NCBI GenBank assembly: GCA_048938025.1
Contig: JBHLMP010000006.1
Span: 1-64,000, forward strand
Direction: 5' to 3'
Length of the DNA: 64,000 bases
Source of the DNA: Promethearchaeota archaeon
Lineage (GTDB): Archaea > Asgardarchaeota > Lokiarchaeia > Sigyniarchaeales > SOKP01
The translations under genes and the position numbers were made by a program. Under the pieces are notes generated by a model. The model worked only from the letters and a program-made list of their open reading frames with translations, was not told where the DNA came from and did not search any database. Shown piece after piece: positions 49,129 to 58,355 of the stretch (positions are counted from its first letter, which is position 1; every line of letters starts with the position of its first letter).

Positions 49129-51318
49129 TTAAAAAATCTTTATTTGGAGAGTAATTTCAAAATTTTTACCTATTTTAATGAGAGGAGTAACATTTATTCC
49201 TTGATAGATCTTTTTATATCCTTCTTCAGTGTAGGCATATGCAATTATTGGAAATTTATTAATTTTAACTGAATCTACTTTACTCAAAATAGTAAATTCG
49301 ATATTTAAGTTGTAAGAATCATCATATGCTTTAAAATGGGATCCCTCATATTGGAAAGGCTCTAGTAGATCTTTTTCCTTATCATCCTTGAGTTCTACTT
49401 GAGCACTCTCCCATCGGAATTTATTTGTATCCCCATTAAAGAAAAAGGGAAGATCAATTGCTAGCTGTAAATTATTAACAATCCTCTCTAGTTCTTCTTC
49501 TTGACCAGGGATTTCCTCAAAATTAACTCTTAGTATTGCTTCAATTTGGTTCTCTTCAACATAAATATCTTTTGTAATCAAACACGGATTTCTAAAATTT
49601 GTTTTGGTATCTTTTACTGTTCCATGTTTTTCCATTTCTAAAATTGCGAGTTTAACATCTTTTTCACTACTTGTAACCTTAAAATTACCGTCAATAAAAT
49701 CACCAAACTCATAATATTGATCCGTATACAATTGTTCCAGATTATCATCTTTGTGTAAAAATCTTATCCGCAACATGCTCCGCCTAAATTTATCTACTAA
49801 AACCTCTTTATCTTTAAGTTTTTTACTTTCATGATAAGCTTCTTGCCATCTTGTTAATGTATTAAGTACATTATAAGATTTAGGTTTGTAATCTAATTCA
49901 AAAATCGTCCCACCGTTAGAGGGATTAATATAAAGATTAAGTAATTTTGATTCAATCAAATAATCTGTTTTACTATCTTTGTTAAAATCTAAAGGAGTTA
50001 TATAAATATATGATTCTAAAGCTGGATTCATTAGAGTGTTTATCTCATCAATTAACTTCTCAGCATTAATTAAGTGAGAATATACTGAAAATCTTAAAAA
50101 TTGTAAATAAACTCCTCCAAAAAGCCCATGCCAATAGCAGTCATTACACTGTGACTTATAAATCTCATCCCATGCTTCATTTATTTTATCTAGAATTTTT
50201 GGAATTAAGACGTCATCATCGACTTCTATTAATCGTTCTTCTGCCTTAATAAGTTTTTCTCTTACATAAAGCATTTTTTTGTGCATATTATTAGATTCAG
50301 GATATTTCACGAGAAAATATCGCCAAAATCCTCCCTTTAAAAACAAATACTCATCTTGTTTTTCAGGGTCATCTTTCAATGCTTTCCTAATTTTTTTAAA
50401 ACGCTTTCGAATTGGTGTTAATAACACCCATTCTTCCATTTTATCATAACTTGCTGTGGGAAGATACACCAATCCTTTTGCTGCAAATTGCTCCATATAT
50501 TCAGATAATGTTAAAGATTTAATCCATTTATTATTTTTAATCTGTTCAAAAAAGGAAGGAATAAATGGCTTTCCATTATCACCATCCTTATGTCCTTGGC
50601 CTTCAACATAGCAGATTTCGTGGGTTGTACCCCACACTCCCATCTTTTCTGCATCTGAGATCAGTAATGCTACTCTATCACCTTGAAAATCTGCCATTTT
50701 CTTTAAATAATCAATTGAATAATAACTTGGCTTCCATGGTGTCAAATATCTCAGCTCTTCATTGATTGGAAAGACTCTTAACGTTTTTCCATCATCTTCA
50801 GTAATATAAGTGTAAAATGTATTTTCTTCAGTTATCCCTGTTGATCGAAAATGATTGTCATCAACTATTACATATGTTAAACCAACATCATTTAGAAAGG
50901 AAGGATAATTGGGTTCCCAAACTCTTTCAGATAACCATGCACCTTTCACATCTAATCCAAATTCTGCTTGGATTAATTCTGATAACTTTTTTATTTGAGC
51001 AATCTTATCACGGTATGGTATAATAGAAAAAATAGGCTCATAATAACCACCACCAATTATTTCAACTTGGTTTCTTCTTGCCATTTCCTTTAGCTTTTGA
51101 ATGAATTCAGGTTTGTTTTCAATAAGCCATTCCAGCAAATTACCTGAAAAATGTAAAGTAAATTTAATTTCTGGAAATAGATATAAATTTTCTACTAAAG
51201 GCTCATAAGACTTCTTATAAACATCCTCAATAACCCAAATGAAGTTATTAACTGGCTGGTGAAAGTGAAATACAATAGGGAGGTTTATAGTTTTTTCACT
51301 CATAATTCTAGATTGCAT
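49129..51318 (-). CDS. GH57 alpha-amylase / 4-alpha-glucanotransferase
   Basis: HFHQP, GGGYYEP, WLSERVWEP, DAEKMGVW, SYDKMEEW, KYPESN, SQCNDCYWHGLFGGVY. Confidence 0.93.
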   Translation of the reverse strand: MQSRIMSEKTINLPIVFHFHQPVNNFIWVIEDVYKKSYEPLVENLYLFPEIKFTLHFSGNLLEWLIENKPEFIQKLKEMARRNQVEIIGGGYYEPIFSIIPYRDKIAQIKKLSELIQAEFGLDVKGAWLSERVWEPNYPSFLNDVGLTYVIVDDNHFRSTGITEENTFYTYITEDDGKTLRVFPINEELRYLTPWKPSYYSIDYLKKMADFQGDRVALLISDAEKMGVWGTTHEICYVEGQGHKDGDNGKPFIPSFFEQIKNNKWIKSLTLSEYMEQFAAKGLVYLPTASYDKMEEWVLLTPIRKRFKKIRKALKDDPEKQDEYLFLKGGFWRYFLVKYPESNNMHKKMLYVREKLIKAEERLIEVDDDVLIPKILDKINEAWDEIYKSQCNDCYWHGLFGGVYLQFLRFSVYSHLINAEKLIDEINTLMNPALESYIYITPLDFNKDSKTDYLIESKLLNLYINPSNGGTIFELDYKPKSYNVLNTLTRWQEAYHESKKLKDKEVLVDKFRRSMLRIRFLHKDDNLEQLYTDQYYEFGDFIDGNFKVTSSEKDVKLAILEMEKHGTVKDTKTNFRNPCLITKDIYVEENQIEAILRVNFEEIPGQEEELERIVNNLQLAIDLPFFFNGDTNKFRWESAQVELKDDKEKDLLEPFQYEGSHFKAYDDSYNLNIEFTILSKVDSVKINKFPIIAYAYTEEGYKKIYQGINVTPLIKIGKNFEITLQIKIF

Positions 51319-51539
51319 TTTTCCATTAGTTTAATATAAGTAAAAGAGGATTGCTTATAAAAAATAACATTATTAATATTAATTTTTTTTATTATACTAA
51401 GGGAAACTGAGACGATAACTAAAATTCAAAAAAAAATACAAATTTTATTAATCTACAATAATTTAGTTGATCATTAAATTTTGTGGATTTGGTATTTTTG
51501 AAAATCATAGATCTATACTTTATAATATTGAACTCTTAA

Positions 51540-52859
51540 ATGGATGGCTTACATATGTTCACTAAAATTAAACGTATGTATAATGAATACCCCAATACAT
51601 TTAAAGTGCTGACTCTTGCTAGTTTTATTGACCGCTTAGGAGGTTTTTTATTATTCCCTTTTTTTTCCTTGTATATAACCGATCATTTTGGAGTGGGGAT
51701 GACCGAAGTAGGAATTCTATTTGCAATCTTAGCGGGAGGAAGTATAATCGGTAGTGCTATCGGAGGAGCATTAGCTGATAAATATGGTCGCCGTCTATTG
51801 CTCTTATTTGGTTTGGTTATAAGCGGGACAGGAAGTATATTGATGGGACTAGCCGATGAACTGTATATTTTTTACATACTCGCTGCATTTTTCGGCGTGA
51901 TAGGTGATCTTGGAAATCCTGCACGACAAGCAATGGTAGTGGATTTACTTCCAACAGAGAAACAAGCAGAAGGATTTGGTATTTTACGAGTGGCAGTTAA
52001 TCTTTCAGCAGTGATCGGTCCTAGTCTTGGTGGATTTTTAGCAACCCAATCCTATATGATCTTATTTATTGGAGATGCTGTGGGCAGCATAATTACCGCA
52101 TTTATTGTTTATAGTGTCATTCCTGAGACGAAACCTCAAAAACTTGATGACGCACCAGAAGAGACAGTAGCGAAAACTTTCATAGGATATAAAGACGTGT
52201 TAAAGGATTGGGTATTTGTGTTATTTCTCAGTGTTTCTGCAATAACAGTATTAGTATATATGCAAATGAATAGCACCCTTTCAGTATTTTTACGGGACGT
52301 TCATGGATTCCCAGCACAGGGATTTGGTTTGTTATTAAGTATGAATGCGATTATGGTGGTATTGTTTCAATTCTGGATAACAAGAAAGATTTCAAAGTAT
52401 GCTCCCATGAAGATGATATCTCTTGGAACGCTGTTATATATGATTGGATTTGGTATGTATGGTTTTGCCTCCACAGTATACATGTTTTTTATTGCCATGG
52501 CAATTCTCACGGTGGGAGAGATGATCGCAATGCCAATTGGTCAAACTGCAGCTGCATCTTTTGCATCTGAAGACAAAAGAGGACGGTATATGGCAGTGTA
52601 CGGTTTCCATTGGGCGATTCCAACTTTATTTGGGGTTTATACCGCTGGATTAGTCATGGATAATATTAGTCCATACTGGGTGTGGTATTTGGCGGGGATT
52701 CTGTCTCTATTTTCAGCGGTAGGTTTTTGGCTACTCCATGGTCCTACAAAAAAGCGCTTTTCAGAAGTAATGGAAGTTTCAAAAGTAGTGGAAACTCCAA
52801 TAATAATGGAAGCTCCAAGAGTAATAGAACCCATAAAAGAAGATTTACATAAACCATGA
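51540..52859 (+). CDS. MFS transporter (MdtH/DHA1-like)
   Basis: GGALADKYGRR motif A; 12 TM; RGRYMA. Confidence 0.92.
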   Translation: MDGLHMFTKIKRMYNEYPNTFKVLTLASFIDRLGGFLLFPFFSLYITDHFGVGMTEVGILFAILAGGSIIGSAIGGALADKYGRRLLLLFGLVISGTGSILMGLADELYIFYILAAFFGVIGDLGNPARQAMVVDLLPTEKQAEGFGILRVAVNLSAVIGPSLGGFLATQSYMILFIGDAVGSIITAFIVYSVIPETKPQKLDDAPEETVAKTFIGYKDVLKDWVFVLFLSVSAITVLVYMQMNSTLSVFLRDVHGFPAQGFGLLLSMNAIMVVLFQFWITRKISKYAPMKMISLGTLLYMIGFGMYGFASTVYMFFIAMAILTVGEMIAMPIGQTAAASFASEDKRGRYMAVYGFHWAIPTLFGVYTAGLVMDNISPYWVWYLAGILSLFSAVGFWLLHGPTKKRFSEVMEVSKVVETPIIMEAPRVIEPIKEDLHKP

Positions 52860-53013
52860 TATTATTAGCGAATATATATTTCTTTATCATTTTAATATAG
52901 TTTTATTGCAAATATTCCAAAATTTATGATGATTAAATTTAAATTATGGAGATATTAGTAAAAGATTTTTACTTATAAAAGATAACTAGTTATAATACTG
53001 AAGATTGGATTAA

Positions 53014-54747
53014 ATGAATAGTATGTTAAGCTTTATTGATAACAATTTGGTACAAGATATCTTTAATTCTAATGAATTTAAAGGATGGCTTCTTTCAAAA
53101 AGATGGTTTGGAGATAAATCTGCATTATCTAATCTTGAGTTCAAGATTAACCTAAATTATTTTGAAATTCTTTCTGAAAGGATACTACTAACTGTAATAG
53201 ATATTCAAAAACCGGAATATAAAAAATCTTATTTCTTGCCTTTAATTTATTACGAAAAGATTCAAGAAATTCTTGAGCTAAATGAAATAAGTAATAAAAA
53301 AAAAATTCTGGCCCTTACAGTTAATACCTTTAGTAAGAAAATAGTCTTAAATATTGAAGGAGAACAAAAAATATTCACAGTAAATTTAGTAGAAGGTGAA
53401 TATTGTCTTTTCTTCTGGAAAAAAATATTATTTGATAAAGAGATCTCTGAAAGCTTTCCATCTCGTTCTTTAGATTTAACACTTTATACTGAACAGTTTC
53501 AAGATGAGGCTAATATGAAAAAGGTTCAAAATTTAATTGAAACTAGTTTATATCCTGATCGATATTCACTCTCATTGACACAATTAGGAGGGGGAAATAC
53601 CACAAATACCTTATTTTTATTATCAATTTTAAATAACAGAATGCCTGATCAAGAACCAAATACATATGTGTTAAAATCATATAAAGAATATTTGGAAAGT
53701 TTAGAACCAGCTACTTTGTTTATTTTAGTACAAAATGAATTTCCAAATGCACCTAAAATATATGGTACAATTAAATTGAGGGATAAAGAAACAATTGGTA
53801 TCCTTGAAAACGTCCCTAATATAGGAAATTTGGGAGATATCTATTGGAGTGAACTTAATAACATGCTTAATAGGGAGTTTAAAGATTTTAACAAAGATTT
53901 CTCTCAATTAACCGAAAAATCTAACATTTCTCAAGTAATAAAGGAAACTTGTTATGAAACATTAAAAGTCTCTGATGAAATTGGATACTATATTAAAAGA
54001 TTACATGAGTCTTTAATTTACCCAGAAAGAGAAGAATATAACTTAGAATCTGTAGAAAGTAATAAGTATCTTGCATCTTATACAGAGAAACTTAATTCAA
54101 TGATTACAGAATTACAAAATACAATGAACCTTCAAACTGATAATTCATTTTTTAATTTACCTAAAATTAATTCAATACTAATTGATATTAAAGACATTAT
54201 AGAGACTCTTAGAATTGATTTTAAAGAAATAAAAATTCAAATTCAACCTGTGCATCAAGATTTGCATATGGAACAAATTTTGTATAATAAAATAAATGAT
54301 CAATATCAGTACTACTTTATAGATTTTGAAGGAGATCCACAATTAACTTTCACAGAAAAAAAAGGAAAATTTCCAATTGAAAAAGATTTAGCGTCCTTTT
54401 TAAGGGCATTAAGCTATATAAAATTCAATACATTTCTTAAATTCATAGAACAAAAAGTGATTAGGAAGGGTAAATATGAAGTTCCTGAAGAAATTCTTTA
54501 TAACATAATTTTTAGAAGAGCTGCTAGACCCATAAATAAAACACTTGATGTTGTTCTTAAGGTTTTAAACATCTGGGAATCAAAATTAATTGGAAAAATT
54601 TTAAAAAATTTAAATGTACATTATACGCTAATTACCTACTTTTACATCGAAAGAGCATTACATGAATTAAACTATGAAATGCTATTTAGACCAAGTAAAA
54701 TAATTGTGCCAATTTTAGGACTAAAAGAAATAATTGATAAAAGTTAA
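53014..54747 (+). CDS. Maltokinase (Mak/Pep2)-like protein
   Basis: KRWFGDKS N-cap, HQDLHMEQIL, IDFEGDP, KDLASFLRALSY, ERALHELNYE..FRP. Confidence 0.82.
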   Translation: MNSMLSFIDNNLVQDIFNSNEFKGWLLSKRWFGDKSALSNLEFKINLNYFEILSERILLTVIDIQKPEYKKSYFLPLIYYEKIQEILELNEISNKKKILALTVNTFSKKIVLNIEGEQKIFTVNLVEGEYCLFFWKKILFDKEISESFPSRSLDLTLYTEQFQDEANMKKVQNLIETSLYPDRYSLSLTQLGGGNTTNTLFLLSILNNRMPDQEPNTYVLKSYKEYLESLEPATLFILVQNEFPNAPKIYGTIKLRDKETIGILENVPNIGNLGDIYWSELNNMLNREFKDFNKDFSQLTEKSNISQVIKETCYETLKVSDEIGYYIKRLHESLIYPEREEYNLESVESNKYLASYTEKLNSMITELQNTMNLQTDNSFFNLPKINSILIDIKDIIETLRIDFKEIKIQIQPVHQDLHMEQILYNKINDQYQYYFIDFEGDPQLTFTEKKGKFPIEKDLASFLRALSYIKFNTFLKFIEQKVIRKGKYEVPEEILYNIIFRRAARPINKTLDVVLKVLNIWESKLIGKILKNLNVHYTLITYFYIERALHELNYEMLFRPSKIIVPILGLKEIIDKS

Positions 54748-54750
54748 AAT

Positions 54751-55338
54751 CTATTCTTCTTCTATTTCTGGCATTTTAGCGAATTCATATGAATAGTGAG
54801 ATGATGAACGATCTACAGGACCAATCTCTTTTTTGTATTGTGTCCTTAAACTTTTACTAGATTTCATTTCTTCATCAGTATAATCATAAATATCTTTAGG
54901 ATCATAGTTGATTAATTTATAGATGAAAACTTCAACGAATTTTTTTGGTCCCAGTTTCTTTGAAATTAAAATATAATTCTCCTTATCAATGAATTTAGGA
55001 AAAAGTCCTAAATGTTCACATAAATCTAATTTATATTCAATATTATCTATTTGGCCTTCTAATCTTGCTATATCGTTAATAAAGCGAGCTAATTTATTCC
55101 CTAATTCCATCTGTTTTGCTCCATCTAATGGTTCAAGTAGTTTTCTAAAAGTACTCTTTTTTAAAATAATAAAATCTCGATTATTCAACGATTTAATAGC
55201 ATTATTTTGTATCACAAAATATTTTGACATGTCAAGATATTTACGAATGAAATCTGCTTTTGATAGACCTAGCTTAGAGCGCATTTTTTCAATGTTATTG
55301 TCCAAATCTTCTTCAATCCTTACCGTGATAACAGTAAT
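54751..55338 (-). CDS. Ribbon-helix-helix (CopG-like) regulator with C-terminal domain
   Basis: (M)TVITVRIEEDL...LGLSKADFIRKYL; frame extends 11 codons upstream of the track start to an ATT at 55338 with GGAGG 9 nt upstream. Confidence 0.75.
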   Translation of the reverse strand: MTVITVRIEEDLDNNIEKMRSKLGLSKADFIRKYLDMSKYFVIQNNAIKSLNNRDFIILKKSTFRKLLEPLDGAKQMELGNKLARFINDIARLEGQIDNIEYKLDLCEHLGLFPKFIDKENYILISKKLGPKKFVEVFIYKLINYDPKDIYDYTDEEMKSSKSLRTQYKKEIGPVDRSSSHYSYEFAKMPEIEEE

Positions 55339-55363
55339 CTTTTATTTCCTCCAATATTTGTTC

Positions 55364-55396
55364 ATGTAATATTTGTATGCATAATATATCATTAGT
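55364..55396. repeat. 33-bp direct repeat, copy 1 (putative operator)
   Basis: atgtaatatttgtatgcataatatatcattagt; 27/33 identical to 56011-56043. Confidence 0.6.
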
Positions 55397-56010
55397 ATTT
55401 AAAGTAATAATAGTATATAAATGATTGTTTTTTACAAAAATTACAAAAAATAATCTAAAATAGTATAGTCAGATAAAAGCCGTCTGATAATATTCTTATT
55501 CAAATCATTTCATCTGACGTTCCATATTGTCTATATTAAATATTAATTTGGTTTTATCCCCTTTTCGAAAGAATATTTGAGAAAAACAATTGAAATATTA
55601 TCAAGTTATAAATTTTTTAGAGTTTACCTTAAATGTAACTAATATTTTTCTCTTAAATGGGATAGGCTTAATTTTTTTATATTCACATATAACGATATGT
55701 AAAAAAAAAATTCCAAAAAATCCCTTTAGGAACACAAAAATGTTGAAAACTCAATATGGTGGGATAATTATGGTATTTTTAATAAATTTTTATGAACTTT
55801 TTATTATTTTTTGAATTGAACATAAATGGTAATTTAGTTGAAATTAATAACTAATTTTATTGAAACTTACAAAATTTATGTGATTATAAGTAAGAAGATT
55901 CACTTTTAAAGCAGAGTAAGTTTTTGATTGTTTTATTTTTGTTAAATGTTTATTTTATTTAAATAACTAATTGATAGACTTAAACAAATTTTTACATTTT
56001 TTGATATCAA

Positions 56011-56043
56011 TTGTAATTATTGTAATCATACTATATCATTAGT
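56011..56043. repeat. 33-bp direct repeat, copy 2 (putative operator)
   Basis: ttgtaattattgtaatcatactatatcattagt. Confidence 0.6.
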
Positions 56044-56139
56044 CTACAAATAATACACGAGGTAAATATAAATACCCTCTAAAATATTGGTTTCATGTAA
56101 ATAACCATAAAAGAATTATTAAGGGTTGATTAACAAGTA

Positions 56140-56463
56140 ATGGAAATTACCGAAACAGGTATTTTGGAAGTAAATCTAAAAAATAAAACGGATTCACTAA
56201 CAATCGAATCTGATGAATTAATTGAAAAAATAGTTAAAGCCTTATCTTCTCGTACAAGACGCCAAATTTTACATCATATTCAAATTGAACCAATGGATGT
56301 TTCAAATATAGCTTCTAATTTAGAAATGACAGAAGCAAATATTTCAGCCCAGATAAAAAAACTTGAGGAGGCTGGGTTAATTTCATGTGATTATGCGTCT
56401 GGCGAGCATGGGGTTAGAAAGATTAGTAAGGTAAAATATGACAAGGTTTTAATTAAATTTTAA
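56140..56463 (+). CDS. ArsR-type HTH regulator
   Basis: KALSSRTRRQIL, ANISAQIKKLEEAGLI, GEHGVRK. Confidence 0.9.
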   Translation: MEITETGILEVNLKNKTDSLTIESDELIEKIVKALSSRTRRQILHHIQIEPMDVSNIASNLEMTEANISAQIKKLEEAGLISCDYASGEHGVRKISKVKYDKVLIKF

Positions 56464-56617
56464 TTCATCAGAATTATTATTTATCTCTTTTTCTAAAGCA
56501 TTGTGTAATTTCAACTGAAATCAATAAGTTTCATAATCAAATTGTGTTTTAATTACTTAATTTAAATTATTTTATTAATTATATTTATTTACGTCTTATA
56601 CTAAAGCAACAATTCAA

Positions 56618-57562
56618 ATGAAAGAAAGAGTTTCTTTTAAAATTCCCGGTCGAATATGTATCCTTGGCGATAAAGTTGATTTATTAGGTAATCCAGTCAT
56701 AGCCATGGCAATTAATTTAATGATGAAGATAAATTTTGTAGCAGAGAAAAATAATAGAGTAACCTTTTATAGCCATAATACCAAAGAAAAGACTGAATTT
56801 AGTTTAGGTGAATCTCCTCCTAAAAATATTGATCTAGGTTATTGGAGTGTTTTATATGAGCGCTTAAAGGAGAAGATCACTAGAGGTTTTTGTATAGAAG
56901 TGGATTCTGATATTCCAATTGGATGCGGATTATCGACTTCCGCAGCAGTATCTGTTGGATTTCTGAGAACGCTAAATGAGGCATTTGACTTGAATTTATC
57001 AAAACCTGAAATCGCTGAACTTGCATACTTAGGTGAGAATCATGATTTAGGAATTCAATGTGGGAGAATGGATCAATATAGTATAGCTTATGGAGGTGTG
57101 ACTTTTATTTATACAGATGAAAATCCAAGAGTTGATATATTAGATATAAGTGAATTACCCATTGTTGTTGGAGATTCTATGGAAGAAAGAAAATCAATAT
57201 CTGTATTAAACAGAGTTAAAAAACAAATAAAAGAAAAAGATAAAGCAACTTTAGATGCATTTAAAGTCATTGAAGAAGGGGTTTATCAGGGGCGAGAAGC
57301 TTTACTTAAAAAAGATTTCAAAAAGTTAGGCAAACTAATGAATAGACAACAGGAACAAGAGATTATTCTAAAAGCGGAGACTGAAAAAATTCATACTTTA
57401 TGCGAAGTATCTAAAAAGGCTGGAGCTTTAGGAGCTAAGCAAATGGGTGCTGGAGGGGGTGGATGTATGTTAGCAATATGTCCTGGGAAACAACAGGAAG
57501 TCGCTAAGGCTATTGAAGATGCTGGTGGAAGATCGTGGATTTTTGATATTTTCAATTATTAA
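56618..57562 (+). CDS. GHMP family kinase (galactokinase/mevalonate kinase-like, substrate uncertain)
   Basis: PGRICILGDKVD, SDIPIGCGLSTSAA, CGRMDQ, GAKQMGAGGGGC. Confidence 0.9.
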   Translation: MKERVSFKIPGRICILGDKVDLLGNPVIAMAINLMMKINFVAEKNNRVTFYSHNTKEKTEFSLGESPPKNIDLGYWSVLYERLKEKITRGFCIEVDSDIPIGCGLSTSAAVSVGFLRTLNEAFDLNLSKPEIAELAYLGENHDLGIQCGRMDQYSIAYGGVTFIYTDENPRVDILDISELPIVVGDSMEERKSISVLNRVKKQIKEKDKATLDAFKVIEEGVYQGREALLKKDFKKLGKLMNRQQEQEIILKAETEKIHTLCEVSKKAGALGAKQMGAGGGGCMLAICPGKQQEVAKAIEDAGGRSWIFDIFNY

Positions 57563-57608
57563 ATTTTAGGAGATCTAAAGTAATAAGATAAAGTGGAGTA
57601 AAATCTAA

Positions 57609-58346
57609 TTGAAGGCTATTATTTTATGTGCTGGATATGGAACTCGTATGAAACCTTACACTGAAACATACCAGAAAACTATGATTCCTATTCATGGCAA
57701 ACCTTTACTCGAGTATCTTATAAAGGGCATTAAGTTAGCTGGTTTTAAAGATTTCATAATAGTAGTAGGATATAATAAAGAACAGATTATTGATTACTTT
57801 CAAGAAGGGAAAAAATGGGATGTTAATATTGAATATATAGAACAACATGATTTAAATGGAACAGGAGGAGCATTATTATTATGTGAAGATTCAATCACAG
57901 ATCAGCATTTCTTTCTAACTTGGGGAGATACTTTAGTAGCTTATGATGTTTATAGAGAAGTCTATGAAGTGTTTAAAAATGAATCTCCGGATTTTATTTT
58001 AGTTACTAATTATGTTCATGATCCTTATAAAGGAGCTGCTGTTTATTGTGAAGGAAATTACTGTATAGATATTGTTGAGAAACCACGAAAAGGAAAATCA
58101 ACTACAAATTTAAATAACGCAGGCATGTTTATTTTATCCAGAGATATATTTGATATATTAAAGATGCAAACTCCATCAAAACGAGGTGAAATAGAAGTAC
58201 CTGATGCTATACAGCATGGAATAAAAGAAAAGCATTGGAAATTACGAGTTGTTAAAATAGAAAAAGATCAATTCTATGGAGATTTTGGGGATGTTAAGAA
58301 ATACGAGAAACTTGTGAAGAATACTGATTGGCTTAATCTCTTATAA
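57609..58346 (+). CDS. Sugar-phosphate nucleotidyltransferase
   Basis: AIILCAGYGTRMKPYT, GTGGAL, WGD, IVEKP, SKRGEIE. Confidence 0.9.
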   Translation: MKAIILCAGYGTRMKPYTETYQKTMIPIHGKPLLEYLIKGIKLAGFKDFIIVVGYNKEQIIDYFQEGKKWDVNIEYIEQHDLNGTGGALLLCEDSITDQHFFLTWGDTLVAYDVYREVYEVFKNESPDFILVTNYVHDPYKGAAVYCEGNYCIDIVEKPRKGKSTTNLNNAGMFILSRDIFDILKMQTPSKRGEIEVPDAIQHGIKEKHWKLRVVKIEKDQFYGDFGDVKKYEKLVKNTDWLNLL

Positions 58347-58355
58347 TAATCATTT

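Noticed and set aside
55590-55814. 74-aa ORF in the long intergenic region
   Set aside because: TTG start without SD, extreme AT bias and F/I/N/K-rich composition typical of spurious ORFs
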